From: an uncultured Bacteroidales bacterium | Lineage (GTDB): Bacteria; Bacteroidota; Bacteroidia; Bacteroidales; JAADJA01 | Direction: 5' to 3' | Assembly: GCA_963705185.1 (NCBI GenBank) | Contig: CAVPJF010000004.1 | Span: forward strand, 26,966-90,965 | Length of the DNA: 64,000 nt | In this document: positions 42,272 to 53,362 of the stretch, one piece after another | Layout: every line of letters begins with the position of its first letter | Position numbering within the stretch: the stretch's first letter is position 1 | Program-made: the position numbers and the translations under genes | The notes under the pieces: model-generated | What the model was told of the DNA's origin: nothing | The model's input: only the letters and a program-made list of their open reading frames with translations | Database searches by the model: none

Positions 42272-44889
42272 AAAAATTTACCAGATTCCTAATCTTTTCT
42301 TCGCTTCTATGTTTTTCAGCAGGTATTTATGCACAGAATAAAAGTTCTTTAACCACGGCGGAGCTCGAAAAATATAAACAGCAGGTAACCAGTCTTGTTA
42401 AATTTTTTGAGAATACGGTTAACTTTTTAGGCGACCCAACATCTATTGCAAAGGAAAAGGAAATCGTCATCAACGAAAGCTACCTGAAAATATTCCTGAA
42501 TGACAAAGTGCAGGTGGAGGATGATTTGGACGAGAACCGTGAAGTTCCTTTATACAAAGATGTTCAGGCTTATTTAAAGGACATTGGTTTCTTTTACCGG
42601 CGGGCAAAATTTGAATTTGTAATTGCCGACATCACTCATTTCGTTAATGAGCAAAACAAGCATTACTTTAAAGTGACCTTTAACCGGTCGCTGAATGGGC
42701 TGACAGTGACAAGTGATTCTGTAAGTTCCCGAAAAGTGAGGTACATGGAAGTAAATCTTGATATCAACGCCAATACCCTTAAAATAGCCAGCATCTACAC
42801 TACCAAACTTGACGAAAAAGAAGAAACCAAAGTTTGGTGGAATAACCTTTCTTTTGCATGGAAAGAAATCTTTGGGAAGAATGTTTTCATTACAGATTCG
42901 ATAGAGCTTTCCAATATTTACTTCTTTTCTGATAGCATGGTAGTTGTTTCACAAATCCCCGATACCGTGCTTTCCTCCGCCGATTCTACTTTAAATTATC
43001 AAATTACATTCCCTGATGAAAAGAAATCAGATTCAACCAATTTAGTCTCGTCCGACACATTTTATTTCAACACCGAACCAATTTATACCAAACTCAGGGG
43101 TATCCTTAAACAACAGCAAATTGATGTTTCAAATAACCATGAAATTAATAACCTCGGCCCTCTGACCGAGCTTACAGAACTCAGGGAAGTTAATTGTTCA
43201 AACACAATGGTTACCGATCTTTTTCCCGTCCGCAATTTAAATCATCTTGAGATGCTGAATTGCTCAGAAACACCGGTAGACAATATCCTGCCCCTCTATT
43301 ATTCAACTACTCTTAAAGACTTGAATTGCAGTTATACCCTGATAAATGATCTTACGCCAATCGCGGGTTTGGTCAATATCGTGAACCTGAAATGTGATGG
43401 AATTAAGATTACCAACCTCGATTTTGTAAGCCAGATGATAAACCTTAAAACCCTTGATTGCAGCAATACAAGGATTTATGATTTAAGCCCTCTGGCAGAT
43501 TTGAAAACAATTGAAAGCTTGGATATATCAGGTACAAGTGTGAACAACCTGAATACGGTTAAAGGACTTACCAACCTGACTTATTTGAATTGTGAAAACA
43601 CAGCTGTTTCTTCACTCGAATCCCTGATTGAACTTCCTAAACTTGAGGTTTTGAGAATCAGCAATACCAGCGTCACCTCGCTGGAGACATTAAAGGAGGC
43701 TGACAGCCTGAAAAGGATTTATTGTGATAACACAGAAATACCAAAAGAAGAGGCCATCCAGTTCATGAGAGATCATCCTGAATGCCTCGTGATATTTGAA
43801 TCGGAAGATTTATTTCTGGGCTGGAAGGCGCTTGAAGAACCCTGGAAAGAAATCGCCAGAAAAAACACTCAAATCAGTGATGAACCAACCCAGGAAGAAC
43901 TTCACCAGGTGCTGACAATAGCCAAACTCGATATTTCGGGCAACAAAGATATTACCACACTTAATCCGGTAAAGAGGCTTTTTAATCTGACAGATCTAAA
44001 TGTATCGTCAACCAATCTTAAAGACTTTTCTCCCATTTCTGAAGCGTTGGAGCTGGAAAATCTGGATATCTCAGACAATGCTATCGGCGCCATAGATTTT
44101 CTGAGTAAAGCTGATCGGTTACGAATCCTGAATATAGAAAATACACAGGTTGCATCCCTTGCTCCGATTGAAAAACTTACCGGATTGAAAATCGTTTATG
44201 CAGATAATACCGGAATAAATGATGCCAAAGCTTTTCAGTTTAAAGAAAAAAACCAGGATTGCCTGGTTGTGTATAAAACAAAAGAACTGGAAACCTGGTG
44301 GAACGGCTTATCCGGTGCATGGAAAAGTCTTTTCTCGGGTCAGTTTAAAATCGATTCACCTCCAACGAAGGAGCAACTTCATCAGATATTATTCCTCGAT
44401 TCGCTGGCTATTAAGGACAACAGTCAAATCAACGACCTGAGCCCGCTAACGATAATAAAGGGTTTGAAAAACCTGACTATGAGCAGCACCCAGGTTAGCA
44501 ACTTGCAACCACTAACCTCGTTAATGGCATTGGAAGTCTTCCAATGCAACCAAAGTCCGGTGAGTGATCTTACCCCATTGTCAGGATTAAGTAAATTACA
44601 AAAGCTGGACATTGAAAATACACCGGTCGAAGACCTTGAACCCATTGCCACATTGCTCGATCTCCGATCGCTGAATGCTTCTGGAACACAAGTAAAGTCA
44701 ATAGACCCAGTAAAAGGTTTGATGAAGCTGGAAGAAATTAAACTGAATAATACTTTAATTAAAAGCCTGAAACCTTTGCTGGAATTGCCCGGGCTGAAAT
44801 CAATCGAATGCTACAACACAAAAATCACTTCCAAAACCGTAGATAAATTTAAAGAAGCAAAACCTGGGGTTAATGTGGTGTATTATTGA
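42268..44889 (+). CDS. Exported leucine-rich-repeat protein (internalin-like LRRs in three blocks)
   Basis: Signal peptide; non-LRR N-domain; many L..L..L.CS.T.V.DL.PL repeats; three W(W)..L...WK caps. TTG start overlaps the upstream stop. Confidence 0.88.
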   Translation: MKKFTRFLIFSSLLCFSAGIYAQNKSSLTTAELEKYKQQVTSLVKFFENTVNFLGDPTSIAKEKEIVINESYLKIFLNDKVQVEDDLDENREVPLYKDVQAYLKDIGFFYRRAKFEFVIADITHFVNEQNKHYFKVTFNRSLNGLTVTSDSVSSRKVRYMEVNLDINANTLKIASIYTTKLDEKEETKVWWNNLSFAWKEIFGKNVFITDSIELSNIYFFSDSMVVVSQIPDTVLSSADSTLNYQITFPDEKKSDSTNLVSSDTFYFNTEPIYTKLRGILKQQQIDVSNNHEINNLGPLTELTELREVNCSNTMVTDLFPVRNLNHLEMLNCSETPVDNILPLYYSTTLKDLNCSYTLINDLTPIAGLVNIVNLKCDGIKITNLDFVSQMINLKTLDCSNTRIYDLSPLADLKTIESLDISGTSVNNLNTVKGLTNLTYLNCENTAVSSLESLIELPKLEVLRISNTSVTSLETLKEADSLKRIYCDNTEIPKEEAIQFMRDHPECLVIFESEDLFLGWKALEEPWKEIARKNTQISDEPTQEELHQVLTIAKLDISGNKDITTLNPVKRLFNLTDLNVSSTNLKDFSPISEALELENLDISDNAIGAIDFLSKADRLRILNIENTQVASLAPIEKLTGLKIVYADNTGINDAKAFQFKEKNQDCLVVYKTKELETWWNGLSGAWKSLFSGQFKIDSPPTKEQLHQILFLDSLAIKDNSQINDLSPLTIIKGLKNLTMSSTQVSNLQPLTSLMALEVFQCNQSPVSDLTPLSGLSKLQKLDIENTPVEDLEPIATLLDLRSLNASGTQVKSIDPVKGLMKLEEIKLNNTLIKSLKPLLELPGLKSIECYNTKITSKTVDKFKEAKPGVNVVYY

Positions 44890-44949
44890 CCTTAAGAATT
44901 TCTAAGACTATATTGAAATTTCGGGTTTTGGATATTTTAGAAAAACTTT

Positions 44950-44980
44950 GGTTTACTAAAGTTTTTGACTTTAGTAAACC
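44950..44980. repeat. Palindromic REP-like hairpin
   Basis: GGTTTACTAAAGT-TTTTG-ACTTTAGTAAACC, with perfect 13-bp arms. Confidence 0.7.
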
Positions 44981-45082
44981 TCATTCAAGTCTCAGTTTTT
45001 GATAAATAATTTCTATTTTTACGAATCAAAAAGAGACCCTTTGGCAACAATGTAATTCCAACATTTAAAATTCACCAAACTT

Positions 45083-45982
45083 ATGACTTTACGCAAACAA
45101 CTGCAGGATTACCTGAAAACTTTAATAATCAATGAGGGTAAGAAAATATCCCTTGCTGATTTCGACACCGATTTCGATCATAAGATGATTGATAAAAAAC
45201 AGGGTGAAGAATTGCTTGAAAACGGTATCAAACAACTTGCACGGATGCAGGATATGCTTTATGCAGATAACCGGCATAGCGTTCTCATCATCCTCCAGGC
45301 CATGGATGCTGCCGGGAAAGACGGTGCCATTAAGCATGTAATGAGCGGATTTAATCCGCAGGGTGTGAAAGTTACCAGTTTCAAATCACCTTCCGGCGAA
45401 GAATTGGACCACGATTATTTCTGGAGGCATTATAAAGCTTTACCGGGCCGGGGTGAGATCGGGATATTCAACCGTTCACATTACGAAAATGTACTGGTTA
45501 CCCGTGTCCATCCCGAGTATATTTTGAATGAGCGAATCCCGGGAATTAAATCATTAAAGGATATTGATAAGAAATTTTGGGAAAAGCGGTATAAGCAGAT
45601 TAACCGGTTTGAAAAGAATCTTTATGACAATGGAACGATAATCCTGAAATTCTTTTTGCATGTATCAAAAGATGAGCAAAAGAAACGCTTCATCGAACGT
45701 ATTGACAACCCGGAGAAAAACTGGAAATTTTCTGTGGCTGATGCTGCCGAACGCAGGCACTGGGATCAATACCAGGAAGCTTATGAAGAAATGCTCAGCG
45801 CTACTTCTAAAGATCATGCTCCCTGGTATGTTTTGCCAGCAGATGATAAATGGTTCACACGAATCTGCCTCGGATCGGTCATTTTTTTTGAGTTCGAAAA
45901 GCTGAAGCTTTCTTATCCAAAAGTCGGAAAGGAGGAAATGGATAAACTACTGGCAGCAAAAAAAGAACTGATGGAGGCATAA
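45083..45982 (+). CDS. ppk2: Polyphosphate kinase 2 family (class III-like)
   Basis: LQAMDAAGKDG (Walker A), FKSPS.EE..HDY.WR, FNRSHYENVL, KNWKF and APWYVLPADDKW. Confidence 0.93.
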   Translation: MTLRKQLQDYLKTLIINEGKKISLADFDTDFDHKMIDKKQGEELLENGIKQLARMQDMLYADNRHSVLIILQAMDAAGKDGAIKHVMSGFNPQGVKVTSFKSPSGEELDHDYFWRHYKALPGRGEIGIFNRSHYENVLVTRVHPEYILNERIPGIKSLKDIDKKFWEKRYKQINRFEKNLYDNGTIILKFFLHVSKDEQKKRFIERIDNPEKNWKFSVADAAERRHWDQYQEAYEEMLSATSKDHAPWYVLPADDKWFTRICLGSVIFFEFEKLKLSYPKVGKEEMDKLLAAKKELMEA

Positions 45983-46014
45983 CGTTCTGACGGAATAATA
46001 TTCTTTGAAAAATA

Positions 46015-46051
46015 AAAAAACCCCTGGAGATTAATAATTACAGGGGTTTTT
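46015..46051. terminator. Bidirectional rho-independent terminator
   Basis: AAAAAACCCCTG...CAGGGGTTTTT between convergent genes. Confidence 0.8.
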
Positions 46052-46070
46052 AGCTTTTTAAAACTGAGTG

Positions 46071-47945
46071 TTATTCTACAATCATCTTCTTTGTAACCTT
46101 TGCATCGCCGGCACTTACAGTGTAAAAATACAATCCGGGAGTCAGACTGGAAACATTCAACTCAATCTGGTTCATTCCGGGTTTAACAGCACCTACATCA
46201 ACAGTCATAACTTCCTGTCCCAACATGTTCATCACTTCAATAGTCAAATCGGTGTTTTTCCTGATATTAACTTTTACTACTGTCAAATCTGATGCAGGAT
46301 TGGGATAGTTCTGCAGAACATCATATTCGTACAAAGGAGTTAGGTTTTCCTTATTTCCAACAAATACCTCATTGAGGCTTTCCTTCATGAACCATATTGT
46401 ATTGTTTGAATATGGATCCAAGTCTCCCCGCAATGCTAAACCAGGAAGTTCATCCGTTTGGTAGATAAGATAGAAATAATCATCTGACTTTGATGCAAGG
46501 GAAGGAAAAACACATTCATCAAGAGTATGGATGAGTTCTGCATTTAAATCGACAAACTTGCCCCAGAAGTCCCCGTTAGGAGAATATCGTGCCCAAAGAT
46601 GACGATAATTCTGAACACTATTGTTATAGTTTTCACTGATGGATGAATAAACAACATACAATTCATCCTCATTTGTAATTAAGATCTGCGGCATGCTTGA
46701 AGCCCCAACATAATAATAACCTACATCCAGCAATATATCAAGAGTATCATTTCCGTTCACATCCTGCATCCAACCAATCAGGCTATAGTTTTCTTCCAAC
46801 TCTGAGCCTGGTTCTCCATATGGATTCAAAGCCTCCATCGAATTGGAAAACGTTGGCCGGGTTTCGTTCCAATAACCTAGTCCGTCAGTCAACGATCCCC
46901 AATAAGTTGAAGTTTCTGTTGCATAAGCTAATCCAATACCAAAAACAACGTGAACAATCCCTTCACTATCAAAAGCCAAATGATGAGCCCCATCCACACA
47001 ATAGAAGGTGTCGGTTACAAAAGGTTCTGCCGGATTAAACAATGGATAAGGGCATTCCCAAATCATGGTTTTATTCCAGGTATCTCCACCATCGGTTGAT
47101 TTCATCAAAACAAAATCCCTCCATGAATCACCGAGGAGAAATGCAATATTATCGTTATCAGTTGATGCCCATTCGTAAATATCAGCAGAAAAACCCGTAT
47201 AATAATCTGCACCCAATCCATCAATAATAGCATTTAGGGGATCCCAGCTCAATCCTCCGTCAGTTGTCCGGGAGTAAAGAACTGCTCCATCGAGTCCCTC
47301 GTAAATTACCCCAGGAGGTGTATTTGATGCAGGCCAGGTTAAAGCCAGAATCTGTATCACATCGTGATTGACCCCTGAAGTAGTAGCTCGGGGCCAGGAT
47401 ATTTGAGTGCCAGGTCCTTCAAAAAAGCTTTCGACCCAGTTACCTGTTCCTTTTTGCGGTCGTGTTTCGATGATTAATCGTCCAACAGCAAAATCGTGTG
47501 AAACAACCAATTCCCCATTCTCACCATAAGGCGCATATGAAGGCCATCCTGCCCTGATGGATTCTATTCTCGTTGTGGGAGCTGTCAACCAACTGGTACC
47601 ATCAAAATAATTATACCCGGTTCCGCGATCGGCAAAGTTGGGATCGGAGAAACCCATTGTCCAGGTTGCTCCCATTGTGCCATCATCAAATACATGAAAA
47701 CGATTCTGACAACTTGTGTTGGTTTGTAAGTCGTAACGGGTATTCCCAATCATTGTCTCTTCTGCTGTAAACCCAGATTTAGAAGATGGAAGGGCAGGGG
47801 ATTTTAAGAGGTTTTCTGAATGAGGTAGTCTGGGAGTCCTTTTTACAAAATGATTGCGCTGTTCTTTTGAGGGTAGAACCCGATTCTGGGCAAGCACTGC
47901 AAAGCCAATGCTGAAGATTATTCCAAACAATAGTAGTTTTTTCAT
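46071..47945 (-). CDS. T9SS cargo protein with BNR/Asp-box beta-propeller
   Basis: Signal peptide; YDLQTN, RGTGYNYFDG..W, Asp-boxes SRTTDGGLSW and KSTDGGDTW; CTD QNYPNPA...GLYFYTV...KKMIVE. Confidence 0.85.
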   Translation of the reverse strand: MKKLLLFGIIFSIGFAVLAQNRVLPSKEQRNHFVKRTPRLPHSENLLKSPALPSSKSGFTAEETMIGNTRYDLQTNTSCQNRFHVFDDGTMGATWTMGFSDPNFADRGTGYNYFDGTSWLTAPTTRIESIRAGWPSYAPYGENGELVVSHDFAVGRLIIETRPQKGTGNWVESFFEGPGTQISWPRATTSGVNHDVIQILALTWPASNTPPGVIYEGLDGAVLYSRTTDGGLSWDPLNAIIDGLGADYYTGFSADIYEWASTDNDNIAFLLGDSWRDFVLMKSTDGGDTWNKTMIWECPYPLFNPAEPFVTDTFYCVDGAHHLAFDSEGIVHVVFGIGLAYATETSTYWGSLTDGLGYWNETRPTFSNSMEALNPYGEPGSELEENYSLIGWMQDVNGNDTLDILLDVGYYYVGASSMPQILITNEDELYVVYSSISENYNNSVQNYRHLWARYSPNGDFWGKFVDLNAELIHTLDECVFPSLASKSDDYFYLIYQTDELPGLALRGDLDPYSNNTIWFMKESLNEVFVGNKENLTPLYEYDVLQNYPNPASDLTVVKVNIRKNTDLTIEVMNMLGQEVMTVDVGAVKPGMNQIELNVSSLTPGLYFYTVSAGDAKVTKKMIVE

Positions 47946-48074
47946 AGTACTGATTTTTTAATTGTTAATCGTCGACTTTATATGTAAAATTTATAAAGTC
48001 CAAATTTAGTCAAAGATATTAAAAATTCGGTAGTAAAATCACTTTAAGGTTGGGATAAATCAGTTAACGGTAAA

Positions 48075-49277
48075 TTATTTTTTGAACCTCAGGTTCAGGA
48101 TCCTTTTTTTATTTTCAGGAATTTCAGTCGCTCTTCTGAATGAGGATCTTATTTCAAATATTTTCCGATAGGTAATATGCTTCTTACCCGGATTTGCTTC
48201 CATGGCTTCGAGGGTAGCTTTCATTTTTGGATTGAAATCACCAACCCATGAAATTTCGATTTCTTTAATGTGAGGCCACCTCTTTAAAATAGATTCATTA
48301 AGATGCCATAAAATGGCTGATTCGACTCCCATCCCCTGAAATTCCGGAATCACGCCCATAATAGTTACCCTTGAACGATTTATAATTTTGCTTTTCTTCA
48401 ATAACAAAAACCTTAATTTGTTCCGGAGGTTTAATTTCCCATTGAAAAGTCTGAATATTTGGTTAACATCAGGTATCATTATAAGAAAACCAATGGGTTT
48501 AGAATCATAATAGGCAAACCAAATAAATTCTTCAACCAGAAAGAAACTGGATTCCTTGAGCCCTTTTTTCACTTGTGAAATATCGAGTGGTGAAAAATGT
48601 TCATGATAGATCCAGGCGGAATTATAAATGCTTACAATATCCGCTGCATATTTTTCAAAATTCTTTTTCCTGATATGTTCAAAGCTATAACCGGGTTTAC
48701 GCATTACCCATTTGGCAATTGTCCAGAACCTTTCCGGAAAAGGTTTCGTATGGTCAAGGTGTTTTGATTCCTGTTCAAAAAAAGGTTTAAAACCGTATGC
48801 CTTAAAAAGCTCCTTGTAATAAGGGGGATTGTAATTCATGCCAAAAGCCGGTGGGATGAATCCTTCCACCAATAAACCCCAGAAATTGTCATTTTCTCCG
48901 AAATTCACAGGTCCATCCATGGCTGCCATCCCTTTGTTTCGAAGCCATTCGGTACAGGCATCAAAAAGAATAAAAGCGGCCTCCTGATCATCGATACATT
49001 CAAAAAATCCCATTCCACCTGCCGGAGGATCGTATTTATTTGCTTTAGCAGTAATATAGAAGGCTGCAACTCTTCCGATAAGCTTGCCCGAATTGTCTTT
49101 AAGCACCCATCTGATCGCATCGCCATCGGCAAAGTATTTGTTTTTCTGCGGATCAAAAATGGAGTTAATTATTTTATCTGGCGGACAAATCCAATTTTGG
49201 TCATCGCGATAAATAATACGGGCCACATCAAGGAATTCTCTTTTCGTGCGTTTATTATTAACTGGTATTAACTTCAT
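48075..49277 (-). CDS. Conserved GNAT-fold protein (YghO-like)
   Basis: GRVAAF, GFFECIDD, GPVNF, MNYNPPYY, GVIPEFQGMG and EISW. Start chosen at MKLIPV (49277). Confidence 0.8.
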   Translation of the reverse strand: MKLIPVNNKRTKREFLDVARIIYRDDQNWICPPDKIINSIFDPQKNKYFADGDAIRWVLKDNSGKLIGRVAAFYITAKANKYDPPAGGMGFFECIDDQEAAFILFDACTEWLRNKGMAAMDGPVNFGENDNFWGLLVEGFIPPAFGMNYNPPYYKELFKAYGFKPFFEQESKHLDHTKPFPERFWTIAKWVMRKPGYSFEHIRKKNFEKYAADIVSIYNSAWIYHEHFSPLDISQVKKGLKESSFFLVEEFIWFAYYDSKPIGFLIMIPDVNQIFRLFNGKLNLRNKLRFLLLKKSKIINRSRVTIMGVIPEFQGMGVESAILWHLNESILKRWPHIKEIEISWVGDFNPKMKATLEAMEANPGKKHITYRKIFEIRSSFRRATEIPENKKRILNLRFKK

Positions 49278-49518
49278 CGCAAATGAAAACTCAAATATTA
49301 AATCTTTGAATTTTGAAATAATAAGCAAATATAGACAAATTTACTTTGGTGTATCATTGAATGATTTCTTTTGCAGGGTAACACCTGTGCTTTATTTATA
49401 GCTTGGTTCAGATATTTCATTAACAAAAAACGTTTATTGATATTGTGAATTATGAAGAGTTTCCTCTATGTTTCCGAAACTCATTATATTTGCCACATTC
49501 ATATTTTCAGAACAGGAA

Positions 49519-50946
49519 GTGAATAAAATATACTGGTTGGTTGTGAAGTCTTACCTGGGGCCATTCGTGATGACCTTCTTCATCTCATTATTTATACTGC
49601 TGATGCAGTTTCTTTGGAAATATGTTGATGATCTGGTTGGTAAGGGACTCGAATGGTACATCATTGCCCAATTATTATTTTACGCTTCGTCAACCTTTGT
49701 TCCTCTTGCTTTGCCTCTTGCTATATTACTTTCTTCATTAATGACCTTTGGTAACCTGGGAGAATATTATGAGTTGGTTGCCATGAAAGCGGCTGGAATT
49801 TCGCTAAGGAAGATTATGATGCCCCTGATTGTCATGTCGGTTATCATTAGTTTGTTTGCGTTTTATTTTTCGAATAACGTCCTTCCCATAGCTAACCTTA
49901 AATTTAAATCATTGCTTCATGACGTTCAGCAACAAAAACTGGCGCTGGATATTAAGGAAGGAATTTTTTACAATGGATTGGAGGGATTTACCATCCGGGT
50001 AGGGAAGAAAGAGAAAGATGATAAAACCATTCGTGATATTATGATTTACGATCATACGGATAAAAAAGGAAATACAAATTTAACTGTTGCCGATTCAGGG
50101 CAAATGGAACTTACCTCCGGTGGTTTAACCCTTGTGTTTACCCTTTATAGCGGATATAATTACCTTGAAAGAACGGATCAACGGCAATACAGGCAAAACA
50201 GGCAGTACCAGAAAACAAAATTCCGTGAGGAGATCAGAACATTCAATTTGATGGACTTTGAAATGACACGCACCAACGAAGATCTTTTTAAAAATAATTA
50301 TTCGATGCTCAATCTCCGGCAACTCAGAAAAGCTGAAGATTCATTGGTCAATCAATATCATGAGGCGAAAGAACGTATTTGCAAAACTATGGTACAAGAT
50401 TTCTATTTCTATTCCAATATTGATTCTGCAATCCTGGCCACCTTTAATCCTGAAAAGCCTTATTCAAAGGATTTCCTAACTGACTTCAATATTGATGAAA
50501 AAAAAGAACTGATTGATGAAGCCCAGAATAATTTTAGAAAATCAAGGCAAACCATTCAGAATTATATCAATGATATGGATAGCAAGGAACGAATGATTTT
50601 CAAGCATCAGGCTGAATTGCACAGAAAATATACACTGTCAGTTGCATGCTTTGTGCTATTTTTTATTGGCGCTCCATTGGGAGCGATTATCAGGAGGGGA
50701 GGACTTGGATTGCCGGCGGTAGTTTCAGTACTGTTTTTCGTGTTGTTTCATATCATCTCTATTACCGGTGAAAAATCGGTCAAATCGGGTATTGTCGATG
50801 CCAACATTGGAATGTGGGTAGCACCTGTCGTTCTTTTGCCGCTTGGAATTTTTCTGACTTTCAAAGCTACAACCGATTCCCCGTTGCTGGATTCGGATGC
50901 ATGGCGAAAATTTTTCGCCAGGTTTTTCAAAGTTAAATCAGGATAA
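49519..50946 (+). CDS. LptF/LptG-family LPS export permease
   Basis: YLGPF...MQFLWKYVDDLVGKGL, LALPLAILLSS...GNLGE..ELVAMKAAGISL, FFIGAPLGAIIRRGG. A GTG start at 49519 lies downstream of TATATTTG (49485..49492). Confidence 0.92.
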   Translation: MNKIYWLVVKSYLGPFVMTFFISLFILLMQFLWKYVDDLVGKGLEWYIIAQLLFYASSTFVPLALPLAILLSSLMTFGNLGEYYELVAMKAAGISLRKIMMPLIVMSVIISLFAFYFSNNVLPIANLKFKSLLHDVQQQKLALDIKEGIFYNGLEGFTIRVGKKEKDDKTIRDIMIYDHTDKKGNTNLTVADSGQMELTSGGLTLVFTLYSGYNYLERTDQRQYRQNRQYQKTKFREEIRTFNLMDFEMTRTNEDLFKNNYSMLNLRQLRKAEDSLVNQYHEAKERICKTMVQDFYFYSNIDSAILATFNPEKPYSKDFLTDFNIDEKKELIDEAQNNFRKSRQTIQNYINDMDSKERMIFKHQAELHRKYTLSVACFVLFFIGAPLGAIIRRGGLGLPAVVSVLFFVLFHIISITGEKSVKSGIVDANIGMWVAPVVLLPLGIFLTFKATTDSPLLDSDAWRKFFARFFKVKSG

Positions 50947-52150
50947 TGAGAATACTTTACATTTGTAATAAATCCCCGTATCCGCCCAACGAGGGCGGTT
51001 CACTGGGTATGTACGTTTTCATTAAAGGAATGGTTGACGCAGGTCATCAGGTGAAGGTACTGGCCTTTAATACCAATAAATCATACATTCAATCCGGCAG
51101 AAATTCCTGCACCTTTTGCGAAGCAGACTGGAATTGAATTTGTTGATTTGGATCTTTCTGTGAAACCTGTTGGTGCTTTTCTAAATCTATTTTCTAAAAA
51201 ATCATTTCACGTCCAACGTTTTTATTCAGTTGAATTTGAGCGGAAGCTAACAGACACCCTTAAATCTGATAGTTACGACATTGTGCAGGTAGAGTACCTT
51301 CCAATGGCTGTTTACAGAAAGATCATCCGCAAATATTCAAAAGCTAAAATCGTCTTTCGTTCACACAATATCGAGCATCTGATTTGGAAAAGAATCACAT
51401 CAAACACTATAAATCCATTTAAAAAAGATCTACCTGGCTCATCTTACCCGAAAATTAAAAAATTTCGAACTTGCCTCGTTGGGTCTTTTTGACGGGGTAA
51501 CCACTGTAAGTCATATCGATGCCGATTATTTCAATTCACTGGGATATTCCGTTCCAATCCTTAATGTGCCTTTTGGTGTGGATGTGAATAATTATGAAAT
51601 CAAAGAATCAGATTATGAATTCCCCAGCTTGTTCCATCTGGGTGCCATGAATTGGATTCCAAATGAAGAAGGAATCAAATGGTTTCTTGACAATTGCTGG
51701 ATTAAAATCCATCAGAGGTTCCCGCAGTTAAAATTTTACCTTGCCGGCAGAATGATGCCCGACTGGCTGATCAACCTAAATTTGCCTAATGTTGAGGTTG
51801 TCGGAGAAGTTCCGGATGCACAGAGCTTTATTCGGTCGAAAGCGATAATGATTGTCCCTCTCTTTTCCGGAAGTGGAATCAGGGTTAAAATCATCGAAGG
51901 CATGGCTCTTGGAAAAACAGTTATTTCCTCGGATATTGGCGCCGAAGGAATTGATTTTATTGCCGGTCAGCATTTACTTATTGCAAACACTCCTGAAGAA
52001 TTTTTATTGGCAATTGAAAGATGTATCGCGGACAGGGATTTTTGTGACCGCCTGGGTAAGAATGCACGAAAACTAATTGAAGATAAACACAACATGCCCC
52101 AAATCATCCAAAAGCTTGAAGACTTTTACAGGCAGATTTTGGAAAATTAA
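50946..52150 (+). CDS. Glycosyltransferase family 4; two frameshifts
   Basis: MRIL...PYPPNEGG; RSHNIEH; HLGAMNWIPN.EG, VPLFSGSGIRVKIIEGMALG..VIS..GAEG, spread over three consecutive ORFs. Confidence 0.88.
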
Positions 52151-52193
52151 ATTATTTTTGAAGCACTTATAATTTTGGTTATTTAAAGGTTTC

Positions 52194-53358
52194 ATGAAGA
52201 TATTTGTTTTGTTATCGAGGTTTCCTTACCCGCTTGAGAAGGGCGATAAATTGAGGGCATATAACCAAATCAGGCAGCTTTCACGGAATCATGAAATTCA
52301 TCTTTGTGCCCTGAACGACATTCACCTTAAGAATGAAAGCATCAAAGCACTTCAACCTTTTTGCAAATCCATCCATGTTCTGAATCTTTCAAAATTTGCA
52401 GTAATATGGAATATCATTTTAGCCTATTTTACCGGGAAACCTTTACAGGTTGGGTATTTCTATAATTTACCTACGCAAAGAAAAATTGACCAACTGTTGA
52501 ATGAAATACAACCGGATCATATATACTGCCAGCTTTTAAGGGTTGCCGAATACGTCCGAAAGAAAAATATTCCAAAAACCCTCGATTACCAGGATGTGTT
52601 TTCCAAAGGAGTTGACCGGCGCAAAAAATCTTCACCTTTTTATATGAAACCTTTGTTAAGGCTTGAGTATAAGCGGTTGTGCAAATATGAAAAAGAGCTT
52701 TTTGATGATTTCGATAATAAGACGATCATATCTTATCCCGACCGCGATTTTATTCCTCATCCTGAAAGGAGTAAGATTGTGGTTGTTACAAACGGTGTCG
52801 ATACAGATTACTTTAAACCCGTTGAAACCGAAAAGAAATACGATTTGATTTTTACCGGGAATATGGGTTATCCGCCAAATGTGAATGCTGCCGTATTTCT
52901 CGCTAAAGAAATATTACCCCTGATTCACAAATCATTACCTGGAGTCATATTAGTACTTGCCGGTGCATCACCTCATGCCCAGGTGTTGGAATTGAGAGGA
53001 GAAAAGATAGAAGTAACAGGTTGGGTCGAAGATATCAGAGAATACTATGCCGGTTCCAGAATTTTTATTGCTCCAATGCTGATCGGCACAGGTCTTCAGA
53101 ACAAATTACTCGAAGCTATGGCTATGAAAATTCCCTGCATCACTTCTCCTCTTGCAAATAACGCCCTCGGTGCAAAAATCGGTGAGGAAATTATGGTTGG
53201 TCAAAACGCGAAGGAATTTGCAGGATTGGTCGTGGATCTTTTGAATCATCCTCAAAAAGCAGCAATACTGGCTGAAAAAGGGAAACGAATTCGTCCACAG
53301 AAATTTTAATTGGGAAGCGGCCACTAATAAACTCGAAAAACTTATTACAAAAAACTAA
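52194..53358 (+). CDS. Glycosyltransferase family 4; 3' frameshift near 53285
   Basis: RFPYPLEKGDKLR, NGVD, FTGNMGYPPN and APM..GTGLQNKLLEAMAM; the tail FNWEA...* ends at 53358. Confidence 0.9.
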
Positions 53359-53362
53359 AGAA

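Noticed and set aside
40094-44889. Operon as part of a type VI or conjugative secretion system
   Set aside because: No sheath, Hcp, VgrG, ClpV, VirB4/TraG or relaxase motifs were recognised. Only a tentative fold resemblance exists.
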